Below are positions 53,253 through 63,574 of a stretch of 64,000 nucleotides of DNA, one piece after another. The position numbers and the translations under genes were made by a program. This DNA is from an uncultured Gemmatimonadales bacterium. GTDB taxonomy: Bacteria > Gemmatimonadota > Gemmatimonadetes > Gemmatimonadales > Gemmatimonadaceae. The stretch covers positions 4,800,001 to 4,864,000 of the forward strand of contig OY969695.1 in assembly GCA_963701965.1 (NCBI GenBank). Reading direction: 5' to 3'. Position 1 is the stretch's first letter. Each line of letters starts with the position of its first letter. Under the pieces are notes generated by a model. That model was given only the letters and a program-made list of their open reading frames with translations. It searched no databases and was not told the DNA's origin.

Positions 53253-53880
53253 AACGCCCCACCGCGCCAATGCCGAATTGATCGGCCACCCGCACCAGCT
53301 CGGCCAGCGACTCGACCTGCATCTTCGCCATCACGCGGGCCCGATGCACCTTGATGGTCTTGAGTGCCGCGCCGAGCGTCCCGGCGATCTGCTTGTTCAG
53401 CATCCCCGTCACGACCAGCTCCAACACCTGTCGTTCGCGCGGCGTGAGCGTACTGATGCGGCGCGCGAGCGCATTGCGGGCGCTGCGCTGCCAGCGCTGC
53501 GCTTGGTCGGCGGCGAGCGCCCGGCGCACCGCCGCGACCAGCTCGGACTCGCCGATCGGCTTGGTCAAGAAATCGAAGGCCCCGGCCTTTATCGCGCGAA
53601 CCGAGGTGCGGATGTCCGCGCACGCCGCCACATAGATGACCGGCATCTCGCACCCGCTGGCGGTGAGGCGCTCGTGAGCCGTAAATGCATCAAGGTCCGG
53701 CAAATGCACGCTCATGAGCACACAACCGGGCCGGTCAGCGACGGCGCTGCCGAGCAACGCGTTCGCCGAATCGTACGCTTCGATCGACCAGTCCGCCGCG
53801 GCAAGGCACGCCTGCAAGGCTGCCGAGACCGCGAAGTCATCATCGACAATGATGATGACGGGCGCTGTTGGTATCACCAT
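53215..53880 (-). CDS. FixJ/LuxR-family response regulator with atypical receiver domain
   Basis: IVDDD, AGAFDFLTKP, LTPRERQVL...NKQIA...TIKVHRARVMAK. Confidence 0.9.
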   Translation of the reverse strand: MVIPTAPVIIIVDDDFAVSAALQACLAAADWSIEAYDSANALLGSAVADRPGCVLMSVHLPDLDAFTAHERLTASGCEMPVIYVAACADIRTSVRAIKAGAFDFLTKPIGESELVAAVRRALAADQAQRWQRSARNALARRISTLTPRERQVLELVVTGMLNKQIAGTLGAALKTIKVHRARVMAKMQVESLAELVRVADQFGIGAVGRFSPNHALPLAPT

Positions 53881-53999
53881 CACCCTCTCAGCCGACGTGA
53901 CACGTCAAACCTGACGGGTCCGTGCCGTGGATCAGGAGGGGTGATGCTCCGAGTGTCTGTAACGGAGGGACGAATCCCGGGTCTCGCGGGATCGAGACC

Positions 54000-54729
54000 T
54001 TAGCCGATGCGCTTCCAGACCACGTCGCGGGCCTCGCGTCGATCGACAAATCCGGTGACCCGACCCTTGGCGTCGTGTTCGAAGATACGCCGGGTGCGCG
54101 GCTGGCCAGCCTCGAAGAACACGTCGGCTGCCTCGGCCAGAAATGTCCGGTTCGGCCTACCCTCGCGCTCGACGACCAGAGTGCTGTCGGCACAGCGGAT
54201 CGTCGCGACGATATCGGCGGTCATCGCGTAGCGACCGGCGTACCCGCACAGGACCGCACGGTCAAGACGGATGGCCGGCGGGTCCTTGAGCACCGCGAGC
54301 ACTTGTTCGGCCAGCAGCCGCCAGCCGCCAGCGCTGTCGCGCCAGGTGTCGGTCATCCGAAACCGGCTCTTGATCACCTGGCCGTGGTAGTCGAGATACT
54401 CGTCATCCTCGTGCGTGACAACCGCCATGTCACCCTGGACGATCGCACGGAAATCGTCGATCGTCAGAATGTCCGACCAAACCGGGTGGCAGCGGCTTTA
54501 AGCTTTCGAGCACTTGGGACTTCGTGTGTATGACGTCGTTCTCATCGACCTGGATCGCCCGCGGATCGAGCAGCGCGTTCCACACCGCGGTGTCGCCAGG
54601 AGCAACGGCGTCGAGCAGTCTTTGCGTATTGGCTTTCAGCTCGGTCTCGACCGACGGGCGCGCAGCCGGCGCCCGGCACGCAGCAGTGAACGCGGCGACG
54701 GCGGTGATAACGGCGACCGACGCCCGCAC
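54000..54729 (-). CDS. Lipoprotein with NTF2/DUF4440-like domain (apparent +1 frameshift at ~54468)
   Basis: TAAC lipobox; GDTAVWNALLD; removing one base joins LVGH-LTIDDFRAIVQGDMAVV...RMTDTW. Confidence 0.75.
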
Positions 54730-54733
54730 TGTG

Positions 54734-55186
54734 CTAGACGCCCTTTTCCTGCAGTAGCGCCATGAACTGTGCCGGCTCGGTCAGACCGAGGAGCCGTTGT
54801 GGCACATCCGGCTCTTTGCTGAACTGCGCGATCTTGCCGAGGACCGGGAGATACTGGTTCGAGACCTCCAGCGGCGGCGCCACGATCAGAAAGAAGAAGT
54901 AGACGGGCTTCTCGTCGATCGCCTTGAAGTCGACGCCGGCCGCCTTGCGCCCAAACGCGACCCGCAGCTTGTTGACCACGAGCGAGCGGCAGTGGGGAAT
55001 CGCGATGCCGCGCCCGATACCCGTCGACCCCAGGTTCTCGCGGCGCTTGAGCATCTTGAACAACATCCCTTCCGACTTCTCGTCCAGTTTGAGCAAGGAG
55101 ATCAGCTCTTTCAGAATCTCGTCTTTCGTAGTGCCGGCGAGATCGAGCTTGATGGCGTCCTCAGAAAAAAACTCACGTAGTTCCAT
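54734..55186 (-). CDS. PTS EIIA domain protein (PtsN/fructose-type)
   Basis: RRENLGSTGIGRGIAIPHCR, GVDFKAIDEKPV. Confidence 0.93.
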   Translation of the reverse strand: MELREFFSEDAIKLDLAGTTKDEILKELISLLKLDEKSEGMLFKMLKRRENLGSTGIGRGIAIPHCRSLVVNKLRVAFGRKAAGVDFKAIDEKPVYFFFLIVAPPLEVSNQYLPVLGKIAQFSKEPDVPQRLLGLTEPAQFMALLQEKGV

Positions 55187-55270
55187 GCCGGGCCCTCGTT
55201 AGAAACAGTGGCGCGCGAACGCGGAAACCTATTACGCGTACGACGGGAAAGCTATTACGTTGATAGGGTT

Positions 55271-56269
55271 ATGGCCCTCGCCCGGAAGTTTCCCTACCCA
55301 GTCGGCGCCGACGTTCCGCTGTACCTGGCCCCCATGGCCGGGGTGTCGGAGTCGCCGTTCCGGCGTCTCTGTCGGTCGTTCGGCGCCAATGTCGTGGTCA
55401 CGGAGTTTCTGTCCGCCGAGGGGATCCGGCGCGAAAATCCGGCCACGCTGGACAAACTGCGGTTCGGGCCCGATGAGCGGCCGATCGGTGTGCAGATCTT
55501 CGGCGCCGAAGAGGCGGCTATGGCCGACGCGGCGGCGTTGGTCACCGACGTGTTCCAGCCCGAGTTCATCGACATCAACTTCGGCTGCCCCGTCAAGAAA
55601 GTCGTCAAGCGGAACGGCGGATCCGGGTGCCTCAAGGACCTGGGCCTCGTCGAGCGCGTGATCCGCGCCGTGCGCGGCGGCACCCACCTGCCGGTGACAG
55701 TCAAAATCCGCAGCGGGTGGAGCGACGAGATGCGCGACCCGGTGACGATCGCGTTGCGCTGTCAGGACGCCGGCGCGCAAGCGCTCACGCTACACCCCCG
55801 CACGCGCGCCCAGATGTACACGGGCGCGGCCCGGTGGGACGAAATCGCGGCGGTCGTCGACGCGCTGGAGATTCCCGTGATCGGGAACGGCGACATCAAG
55901 ACCGCCGAGGATGCCCTCCGGATGCACCGGCAGACCAATTGCGCGGCCGTCATGATCGCGCGCGGGTCGTTCGGCCAGCCGTGGATCTTCACGCAGGCGC
56001 GCGCACTGCTGGACGGACACCCGCCCATCGAGACCCCTCCGGTGCGCGAGCGGTTCGACATCGCCCTGCGTCACGCGCGCATGGCCGCGGACTTCGAGAT
56101 CGACCCGCGCGGCGCCGCCATCGAGTTTCGCAAGCACCTCGGCTGGTACGTCAAAGGCTTGCCCGGATCCGCTGAGCTCCGGCAGCGGCTGCACGCCGTC
56201 AACTCGTTCGACGAGGTCGGCGCGCTGTTCGCGGCCTATCTCGAGACGACCGCGCCCGCACTCGTGTGA
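55271..56269 (+). CDS. dusB: tRNA dihydrouridine synthase
   Basis: LAPMAGVS, DINFGCP, VTVKIRSG, LHPRT, GNGDI, RKHLGWY. Confidence 0.95.
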   Translation: MALARKFPYPVGADVPLYLAPMAGVSESPFRRLCRSFGANVVVTEFLSAEGIRRENPATLDKLRFGPDERPIGVQIFGAEEAAMADAAALVTDVFQPEFIDINFGCPVKKVVKRNGGSGCLKDLGLVERVIRAVRGGTHLPVTVKIRSGWSDEMRDPVTIALRCQDAGAQALTLHPRTRAQMYTGAARWDEIAAVVDALEIPVIGNGDIKTAEDALRMHRQTNCAAVMIARGSFGQPWIFTQARALLDGHPPIETPPVRERFDIALRHARMAADFEIDPRGAAIEFRKHLGWYVKGLPGSAELRQRLHAVNSFDEVGALFAAYLETTAPALV

Positions 56270-57033
56270 TGCGCGAGCGGGCGCTCGCGCTGCTCCAAGA
56301 GGTCGCGCGCGGCGCCGTCGATCCGCGACAAGCCCTCGAGGCGCTGGCCCTCGAGCCCATCGCCGACCTGCCCTTCGCCACGGTCGATCACCATCGGGCG
56401 CTGCGGCAGGGGTATCCCGAAGTGATCTACGGCGCCGGCAAGACCATCTCCCAAGTGCTCGCCATCGCCGAGCAGATCGAACCTCGCGGCGACGGCCTGC
56501 TGATCACGCGTTGCGACGACGCGCTGCGCACCGCGCTCGGCGACCGGTATCCCGACGCCGAGATCAACGAACTGGCGCGAACCGTATACGTGGCCCCCCG
56601 CGAGACCGGGCGCGTCGCCGCGGGGCGGGGGACGATCCTGGTGGTCACCGCGGGCACGAGCGATCTACCAGTGGCCGAGGAGGCCGCCGTCACCGCGCGG
56701 GCCCTGGGGAACGTCGTCGCCCGCGCCACTGACGTCGGCGTTGCCGGCATCCACCGCGTCCTGGCCCGGGGCCGCGACCTGCAGGAAGCGGCCGTGATCA
56801 TCGTCGTCGCCGGAATGGACGGCGCCCTTCCATCCGTCGTCGGCGGCTTGGTCCGGGCACCCGTTATCGCCGTGCCCACCAGCGTGGGCTATGGTGCCAG
56901 TTTTTCAGGACTTGCCGCCCTCCTCGCGATGCTCAACAGTTGCGCCGCGGGAGTCACTGTAGTCAACATCGACAACGGCTTCGGCGCCGCGATGGCGGCC
57001 TCGCGCATCACCCACGCGGGCGTTACATTTTGA
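56269..57033 (+). CDS. larB: Nickel pincer cofactor biosynthesis protein LarB (PurE-like)
   Basis: DHHRALRQGYPEVIYG, TAGTSDLPVAEE, DVGVAGIHR, VPTSVGYG, VVNIDNGFGA. Confidence 0.93.
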   Translation: MRERALALLQEVARGAVDPRQALEALALEPIADLPFATVDHHRALRQGYPEVIYGAGKTISQVLAIAEQIEPRGDGLLITRCDDALRTALGDRYPDAEINELARTVYVAPRETGRVAAGRGTILVVTAGTSDLPVAEEAAVTARALGNVVARATDVGVAGIHRVLARGRDLQEAAVIIVVAGMDGALPSVVGGLVRAPVIAVPTSVGYGASFSGLAALLAMLNSCAAGVTVVNIDNGFGAAMAASRITHAGVTF

Positions 57034-57039
57034 TACGTC

Positions 57040-57398
57040 GGGGGCGAACTAGGCTCGACATGTGTCGGTAGGTCGGTGTTGCGTGCCCAGGTCCTCGGGC
57101 TCCTGGTAAAACACTCGGGAAAAAATCACAAAAGCCAACAACAACCTGGCTCTGGCTGCGTAACTTCGGTTGCGCGCCTTGCCACCGTGGAAGCCCGCCT
57201 GGGGCGTTTGCGGCGGTATCGAAAATCCGGGCTAGCTGACCACCGCGCCTTCCGGCGGCCGGCGAAAACGAAATGAAGGCTCGTCCAGCAGTAGGTTGCT
57301 CGCTGGCCAGCGGCTGGAGACACCAAGTAGCGGGCTACGCACGTAGACGCGCCAATCGATCGGCGGCATGGACCGGGGGGCAGTACCCCGCGCCTCCA
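57040..57398 (+). ncRNA. ssrA: tmRNA (one-piece), tag ANNNLALAA* at 57134-57163
   Basis: Acceptor stem GGGGGCG/CGCCTCC-A with G3:U; GGCTCGAC motif; T-arm CGGGG-GGCAGTA-CCCCG; tag ORF ending LAA; CCA not encoded. Confidence 0.93.
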
Positions 57399-57406
57399 TT
57401 TCGACA

Positions 57407-57444
57407 CCAACCGGGTCGGCTCTCGCCGGCCCGGTTGGTCGTTT
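57407..57444 (+). terminator. Terminator after ssrA
   Basis: ccaaccgggtcggc-tctc-gccggcccggttgg followed by tcgttt. Confidence 0.7.
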
Positions 57445-57523
57445 ATGGACGGGCGGTTGCGGGGCCAGCGATGTCTCGTCCCTGGCAGGGAGCCTCCCAC
57501 ATCCGCCACCGACTCGTGAACGC

Positions 57524-59488
57524 ATGAAGCGCTGGGGCATCGCCAGCAAGATCGCCGCGGCCGTCACCGTTGCCGCCATCCTCGGCGTCGCACTGGCGGG
57601 GGGTTTCACCTGGCGCGAAACCGACAAGCGGTTCCTCGCCGCCGCGGTCACGTCCTCCGGTGAGCAGTTGTCCGTGAATCTGGCGCTGGCCCGCGCCCTG
57701 TTCGACCAGCGGTTCCCTGGTCCCTGGCGCATCGTCCCCACGGCGCCGACCGAACCCCCCATCGAGATCTTCAACGGCAACGGCCGCCAGGACCGCTATC
57801 GCACGACGACGCAGCTCCCGGGCCTGCTGTACAAGGGCACGACGCGCATCCTGGGCAACCCCGACGTCGACCGGTACGTCCTGCAGCTCGACAGCCTGTC
57901 AGGCGCCGAGCTGACCATCGCTCAACGGATTTCGCCGGCGACATCGGCCGATCCGACCGTGGGCGACGCCCCCATGGGGCGGGCGCTGCGGCTAGTGACC
58001 ACCGTCACCCGCCCCGACGCCACCACCGGCATCCGCGAGCGGCAGACGCTGACGATCATGCCGACCCGCTCCGTGGCCACGGGTCAGCTCGCGGGAGCGG
58101 GATCGGCGTTCACGACGAACGTCACCTACGCCGGACGGACCACCGTCGCCGGCGAGGATCGGTGGACCCGCTACGAGCCGATCCTGGATTCGAGCGGCCA
58201 GGCGATCGGCATTTTTTACAGCGGTCTGTCCCTGGCGCCGCGCGTCGCGCAGGCCCATGCGGCGTCGCGGGCCATCGCCATGGTGACCAACGGCACGGGC
58301 CTCGTCATCATCCTGCTGCTGTGTGTCGGCGTGTATCAGTTCCTCAAGTATCTGCTCAAGCCGCTGCAGAAGATCCGGTCCGCCGCCCTGCAACTCGCCG
58401 CCGGCCGCCTCGACTCCCGCGTCCCCGTCTACGACGAGAGCGAGATCGGCCACGTCGCCAAGGCCTTCAACGACATGGCGACCCAGCTCGAAAGTTTGAA
58501 CGAGCGCGTCGTGATCTCCACCGAGCAGCTCACCGCATCGAGTAAGCAGGTCGATGCGGCGGCCAGCGCGGCCGCGATCGCCACCCAGCAGGTGGCCAGC
58601 TCGATCGGCGAAGTGTCGCATGGCGCCGCGGAGTCCGCGGCGCGGGTCGAAGAGGCGACGAAGCAAGCCCACAAGGCGCTGGCCCACGTGCGCGCGATTC
58701 AGGACGAAGTCGGGCGCGCGATGCTGGAAGCGGGAGCGACCGACGCGCTGGCGTCCGATGGCCACGGGCTCATCGCCCGCAGCTTGAGCGTCACCAGCGG
58801 AGTGCGCGACACCGTGGGTCGGGCCCGCGGCGTCATGGTCGATCTCGAGAAGCAGGCCGAGCAAATCCAGTCGATCGTGGCGATCATCAAGAAGATCGCC
58901 ACCCAGACGAACCTGCTGGCGCTGAACGCGGCCATCGAAGCGGCGCGGGCCGGCAATGCGGGACGCGGGTTCGCCGTCGTCGCCAACGAAATCCGATCGC
59001 TGGCCGACGAAGTGCGCAAATCGTCGGACAGCATCGGGGAGATCGTCGGCGAGACCAAGCGCCGGACAGGCAGCGCCGTCGGCCTCATGGGCGAGATCGA
59101 CGCCGAGACGCAGGCGGGCGCCAATGCCGTGCGGGAGAGCGATGAGGCGTTCCGCAACATCGGCACTGCCGTCACGCATCTGAGCACGCAAATCATGGCG
59201 ATCAAGACAGCGGCCGAAGCCGTGGCGGTCGCGGTGGCGCACCTCGATACGGCGATCGCCGGCGTCGCCGCGATCGCGCAAGAGAGCGCGGCCACCAGCG
59301 AAGAGGTCTCGGCCCTGGCCCAAGAGCAGACGGCCACGCTGGGCGAGATCACGCGCGAGATCCACGAGGTCTCGAACATGGCCGAAGCCCTGCGCCAAGT
59401 CATGAACGCCTCGGCCAGCGGTCATTGGGCCACGACGACGGCGATGCGCGCCGCGGCGCCCCGGCCGCTCGCGATGGCGGCCGACTAG
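57524..59488 (+). CDS. Methyl-accepting chemotaxis protein (Cache-like sensor, HAMP, signalling domain)
   Basis: Two TM helices; RFPGPW...LYKG...[58 protein letters not shown]. Confidence 0.95.
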   Translation: MKRWGIASKIAAAVTVAAILGVALAGGFTWRETDKRFLAAAVTSSGEQLSVNLALARALFDQRFPGPWRIVPTAPTEPPIEIFNGNGRQDRYRTTTQLPGLLYKGTTRILGNPDVDRYVLQLDSLSGAELTIAQRISPATSADPTVGDAPMGRALRLVTTVTRPDATTGIRERQTLTIMPTRSVATGQLAGAGSAFTTNVTYAGRTTVAGEDRWTRYEPILDSSGQAIGIFYSGLSLAPRVAQAHAASRAIAMVTNGTGLVIILLLCVGVYQFLKYLLKPLQKIRSAALQLAAGRLDSRVPVYDESEIGHVAKAFNDMATQLESLNERVVISTEQLTASSKQVDAAASAAAIATQQVASSIGEVSHGAAESAARVEEATKQAHKALAHVRAIQDEVGRAMLEAGATDALASDGHGLIARSLSVTSGVRDTVGRARGVMVDLEKQAEQIQSIVAIIKKIATQTNLLALNAAIEAARAGNAGRGFAVVANEIRSLADEVRKSSDSIGEIVGETKRRTGSAVGLMGEIDAETQAGANAVRESDEAFRNIGTAVTHLSTQIMAIKTAAEAVAVAVAHLDTAIAGVAAIAQESAATSEEVSALAQEQTATLGEITREIHEVSNMAEALRQVMNASASGHWATTTAMRAAAPRPLAMAAD

Positions 59489-59497
59489 CGGTCGGGC

Positions 59498-62182
59498 CTA
59501 GCGGTCGCCGAGGCGCCGCCGGTACGGCGACCGTTCGTCGACTTTGTCCAGCGCCGCGTGCGCCGCGGCCAGCCGGGCGATCGGCACCCGGTATGGCGAG
59601 CACGACACGTAGTCGAGCTGCAGGCGATGACAGAACGCGATGGAACGCGGCTCGCCGCCGTGCTCGCCACAGATCCCCACCTTGAGATCGGGCCGCACGC
59701 GCCGTCCCTCACTCACCCCATACTGGATCAGTCGTCCCACGCCGTCCTCGTCGAGCACGGCGAACGGATCGTCGGACAGGATCCCGCGATCGTAGTAGGT
59801 GGGAAGAAACCGCCCCGCATCGTCCCGGCTCAGGCCCAGCGTCGTCTGCGTCAGGTCGTTCGTCCCGAACGAGAAGAACTGGGCGCTGGCGGCGATCTGG
59901 TCGGCGGTCAGCGCGGCCCGTGGCAGCTCGATCATCGTTCCCACGAGATACGGGATCTCGATCCCCATGGGCTTGAGCACCTGCAAGGCGACGGATTCGA
60001 CCACCGCCCGCTGATGGGCGAACTCCTTCTCCGTGGCCACGAGCGGGATCATGATCTCCGGCTGCACGTCGATGCCGCGGCGCGCGGCGCGGACCGCGGC
60101 CTCGAAGATCGCCCGGGCCTGCATCTCCGTGATCTCGGGATAGGTGACGCCCAGGCGGCACCCGCGATGCCCGAGCATCGGGTTCGTCTCCCGGAGACCG
60201 TCGACGATGCGGTTCAGCTCTTCCCGCGACAAATTCAGCGTGCGGGCCAGGAGCTTGCTCTCCTCGCCGCCGTGGGGCAGGAACTCGTGCAGCGGCGGGT
60301 CGAGCAGCCGGATGGTCACGGGGAGGCCGTCCATGGCCTCGAACAGCCCCTCGAAATCGGTCCGCTGCATCGGGAGCAGCTTGGCCAGCGCCCGACGCCG
60401 GCCGGCTTCGTCGTGGGCGACGATCATCTCGCGCATGGCGGTGATCCGGTCGCCCTCGAAGAACATATGCTCGGTCCGGCACAGCCCGATCCCCTCGGCG
60501 CCAAACCCGCGCGCCACGCGCGCGTCGCGCGGAGTGTCGGCGTTGGCCCGGACCTTCAGCGTGCGGATCTCGTCGGCCCAGCCCAGAACCTTGGCATACG
60601 CGCTGTACACCGGCGCCTGATCGGGCTTGAGTGTCCCGTTGATCACGCGCACGACTTCGCTGGGCGCCGTCGGCAGCGCGCCGGCGTACACCGATCCGGT
60701 GGCGCCGTCGACCGTTAGCCAGTCGCCCTCGTTGACCACGAGATCGCCCACGGTGAACCGGCAATGGGCGGCGTCGACATGGATCTCCTTGCAGCCGACG
60801 ACCGCGCACCGGCCCATCCCGCGGGCCACGACGGCGGCGTGGCTGGTCGTGCCGCCCCGGGCCGTCACCACGGCCCGGGCGGCGACGATGCCATGGAAGT
60901 CCTCCGGCGTCGTCTCTTCCCGCACCAGAATCACGTCGGCGCCGGCGTTGGCTTGGATCTCGGCGACGTCGGGGTCGAAGACCGCGATGCCGCTGGCGGC
61001 CCCCGGGCTCGCGGGCAGGCCGCGGGCGATCGGCGTCGCCCGGGATCCGGCGTCGATCACCGGATGGAGCAGCTGGTCGATCTCCCGTGCCGGCACGCGG
61101 GTCACGGCCTCGGTGCGGTCGATCAGTCCCTCGGCGACCATGTCGACCGCGATGCGCACCGCCGCCGCGGCCGTCCGCTTGCCGGAGCGCGTCTGCAGCA
61201 GATAGAGGCGCCCGCGCTCCACGGTGAACTCCAGGTCCTGCATGTCCCGGAAGTGGGCCTCGAGCCGCTGCTCCGTCTCCATGAGCTCGCGGTACGCGTC
61301 GGGCAGACGCTCGGCCATCACGTCGATGGGGAGCGGCGTGCGCAGCCCCGCGACGACGTCCTCGCCCTGCGCGTTGACCAGGAACTCGCCGTACGAGCAC
61401 CGCTCGCCGGTGGAAGGATCGCGCGTGAACGCGACCCCCGTTCCCGAGTCATCGCCAATGTTGCCGAAGACCATGGCCACGATGTTGACGGCCGTCCCCA
61501 GGGTCTCCGAGATGCCGTTCACCCGGCGATAGTCGACGGCTTTCTTGAGGGTCCACGACTTCCACACGGCTTCGATGGCGCCCCAGAGCTGCTGGCGCGG
61601 ATCCATCGGGAAGGTGCGCACGAGCGTCTTGTATTCCTCGACCAGGTTGCGTTGCGCGGTCTCGTCGAGCTGGGCGTCGGTCTCGACGCCCCGAATGAGC
61701 CGCTTGGCCGACAGCACGGACTCGAATTTCTGCAACGGAACGCCGAGCACGACGTCGCCGTACATCTGGAGAAATCGCCGGTACGAGTCGTAGGCAAACC
61801 GCGCGCTGCCGCTGCCGCGGGCCAGCCCCACGACGGTCTGGTCGTTCAAGCCGAGATTGAGGATCGTCTCCATCATCCCGGGCATGGACACCGGCGCGCC
61901 GGACCGCACGGAGACGAGCAGGGGATTGGTCACGCTGCCGAACTGCTTCCCCGTGGTCGCTTCCAACCGCGCCAGGTTGCGATCGACTTCGTCGCGCAAC
62001 CCTTCGCTCAAGGTCCCGTCACGCAGATAATCGATGCAGCACGAGCACCGGATCGTGAATCCGGGGGGCACCGGAACGCCAAGATTGGTCATCTCGGCCA
62101 GGTTGGCGCCCTTGCCGCCCAGCACGTCGCGCATCGCGCGCGTGCCGTCGGCGGCGCCGCCGCCGAAAAAGTAGACTAGCAC
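59498..62182 (-). CDS. ppdK: Pyruvate, phosphate dikinase
   Basis: LGGKGANL, SVRSGA, GGTTSHAAVVAR, GLCRTEHMF, GTNDLTQ, GICGEHGG; GTG start overlapping the purF stop. Confidence 0.97.
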   Translation of the reverse strand: MLVYFFGGGAADGTRAMRDVLGGKGANLAEMTNLGVPVPPGFTIRCSCCIDYLRDGTLSEGLRDEVDRNLARLEATTGKQFGSVTNPLLVSVRSGAPVSMPGMMETILNLGLNDQTVVGLARGSGSARFAYDSYRRFLQMYGDVVLGVPLQKFESVLSAKRLIRGVETDAQLDETAQRNLVEEYKTLVRTFPMDPRQQLWGAIEAVWKSWTLKKAVDYRRVNGISETLGTAVNIVAMVFGNIGDDSGTGVAFTRDPSTGERCSYGEFLVNAQGEDVVAGLRTPLPIDVMAERLPDAYRELMETEQRLEAHFRDMQDLEFTVERGRLYLLQTRSGKRTAAAAVRIAVDMVAEGLIDRTEAVTRVPAREIDQLLHPVIDAGSRATPIARGLPASPGAASGIAVFDPDVAEIQANAGADVILVREETTPEDFHGIVAARAVVTARGGTTSHAAVVARGMGRCAVVGCKEIHVDAAHCRFTVGDLVVNEGDWLTVDGATGSVYAGALPTAPSEVVRVINGTLKPDQAPVYSAYAKVLGWADEIRTLKVRANADTPRDARVARGFGAEGIGLCRTEHMFFEGDRITAMREMIVAHDEAGRRRALAKLLPMQRTDFEGLFEAMDGLPVTIRLLDPPLHEFLPHGGEESKLLARTLNLSREELNRIVDGLRETNPMLGHRGCRLGVTYPEITEMQARAIFEAAVRAARRGIDVQPEIMIPLVATEKEFAHQRAVVESVALQVLKPMGIEIPYLVGTMIELPRAALTADQIAASAQFFSFGTNDLTQTTLGLSRDDAGRFLPTYYDRGILSDDPFAVLDEDGVGRLIQYGVSEGRRVRPDLKVGICGEHGGEPRSIAFCHRLQLDYVSCSPYRVPIARLAAAHAALDKVDERSPYRRRLGDR

Positions 62183-63571
62183 CCGCAGCCGAAGCGGAGT
62201 TTGTCGGGGTCCGTAGGTGGTGGCGTGGGGTAGTCGCCCGAGAAGCACGCATGACAAAATCCGCTTGGGCTTCCGGCCACGGGCACGGATTCCAGCATCC
62301 CTTCCAGCGACAGGTAGCCGAGCGAGTCCACGCCCAGATCGTGGGCGATCTCGTCGACCGTCAGATTGGCGGCGATCAGCTCCTCGCGGTTCGGCGTATC
62401 GATGCCATAGTAGCACGGACCCGTGATGGGCGCCGAGCTGACGCGCATGTGCACCTCTTTCGCGCCGGCGGCGCGGACCATGGCCACCAAGCCCCGCGTG
62501 GTCGTGCCCCGGACGATCGAGTCGTCGACCATCACCACGCGGCGTCCCTCGAGCACGTTCCGCACGGCGTTGTACTTGACCTTGACCTTGGCGTCCCGTC
62601 CCGCCTGGGTCGGCTGGATGAACGTGCGGCCGACATAGTGATTGCGGATCAGCGCGAACTCGAAGGGCAAGCCCGACTCCTCGGCGAAACCCAAGGCCGC
62701 CGAGTTCGACGAGTCCGGCACGCTGAAGACCAACTCGCCGCGCGGCGCCGGACACTCCCGCGCCAACCGCCGGCCGAGCTCCCGCCGGGAGTCCTCGACG
62801 GTCACGCCGAAGACCTTGCTGTCGGGGCGCGCGAAGTACACATGCTCGAAGACGCAGCGATGCAGCGCGCCCGGTGCCAGCGCCTGAATGGTGCGCCGCC
62901 CGGTCGAATCGACGGCGACGATCTCGCCCGGCTTGACCTCGCGGTCACACGACGCGCCCACGATGTCGAGCGCGCAGGTCTCCGACGCGAACACCGTCGA
63001 GCCGTCGTCCATCCTGCCCATGACCAGCGGCCGGAACCCGCGCGGATCGCGCGCCGCCAACAACGTGTCGCCGATCACGACGAGCAGACAGTACGCGCCC
63101 TCGACCCCCTGCAGCGCCTCGGCCAACTTCTCGGCCGGGGTCCCGGCCGCCGCGGCCGCCAGGCAATGCAGCAGGACCTCGGAGTCGTTGGTCGACGTGA
63201 AGATCGACCCCCGATCCTCGAGCTCGAGGCGCAACTCCGTGGCGTTGGTCAGGTTCCCGTTGTGCGCGAGCCCGATGGCCGTGCCGCGGAAGTTCACGAG
63301 CAGCGGTTGGGCGTTCTCCAGCGTCGTCGATCCCGCCGTGCTGTAGCGCGTGTGGCCAATGGCGATGGCCCCCGGCAGATCGCTCTCCAGGCGTTCGGGA
63401 GGCAGGGCGTCCGACACCAGTCCCACTGCCCGCAAACGGTGCGGGCGGCGCTCGGCGTCGACCGTGATGATGCCCGCCGACTCCTGCCCGCGGTGCTGCA
63501 AGGAGTACAACCCCAGAATGCGTGACGGCCGCGGCATGGGGAGTCCCGTGGACGCCGAATAACCCGCACAT
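62176..63571 (-). CDS. purF: Amidophosphoribosyltransferase (apparent +1 frameshift at ~63517)
   Basis: MCGLFG N-terminal Cys, LQHRGQESAG, GHTRYST, VDDSIVRGTT; removing one base joins VTH-LGLYSLQ. Confidence 0.95.
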
Positions 63572-63574
63572 GAA

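Noticed and set aside
57399..59488. Island integrated at the ssrA 3' end
   Set aside because: No integrase and no duplicated tmRNA 3' end downstream; the native terminator follows directly
62183..62755. Apparent 191-aa N-terminal extension of PPDK
   Set aside because: Lies in another frame of purF; the true start is GTG 62182. The same applies to the long upstream extensions of asd, lysC, dapB, aroA and the methyltransferase
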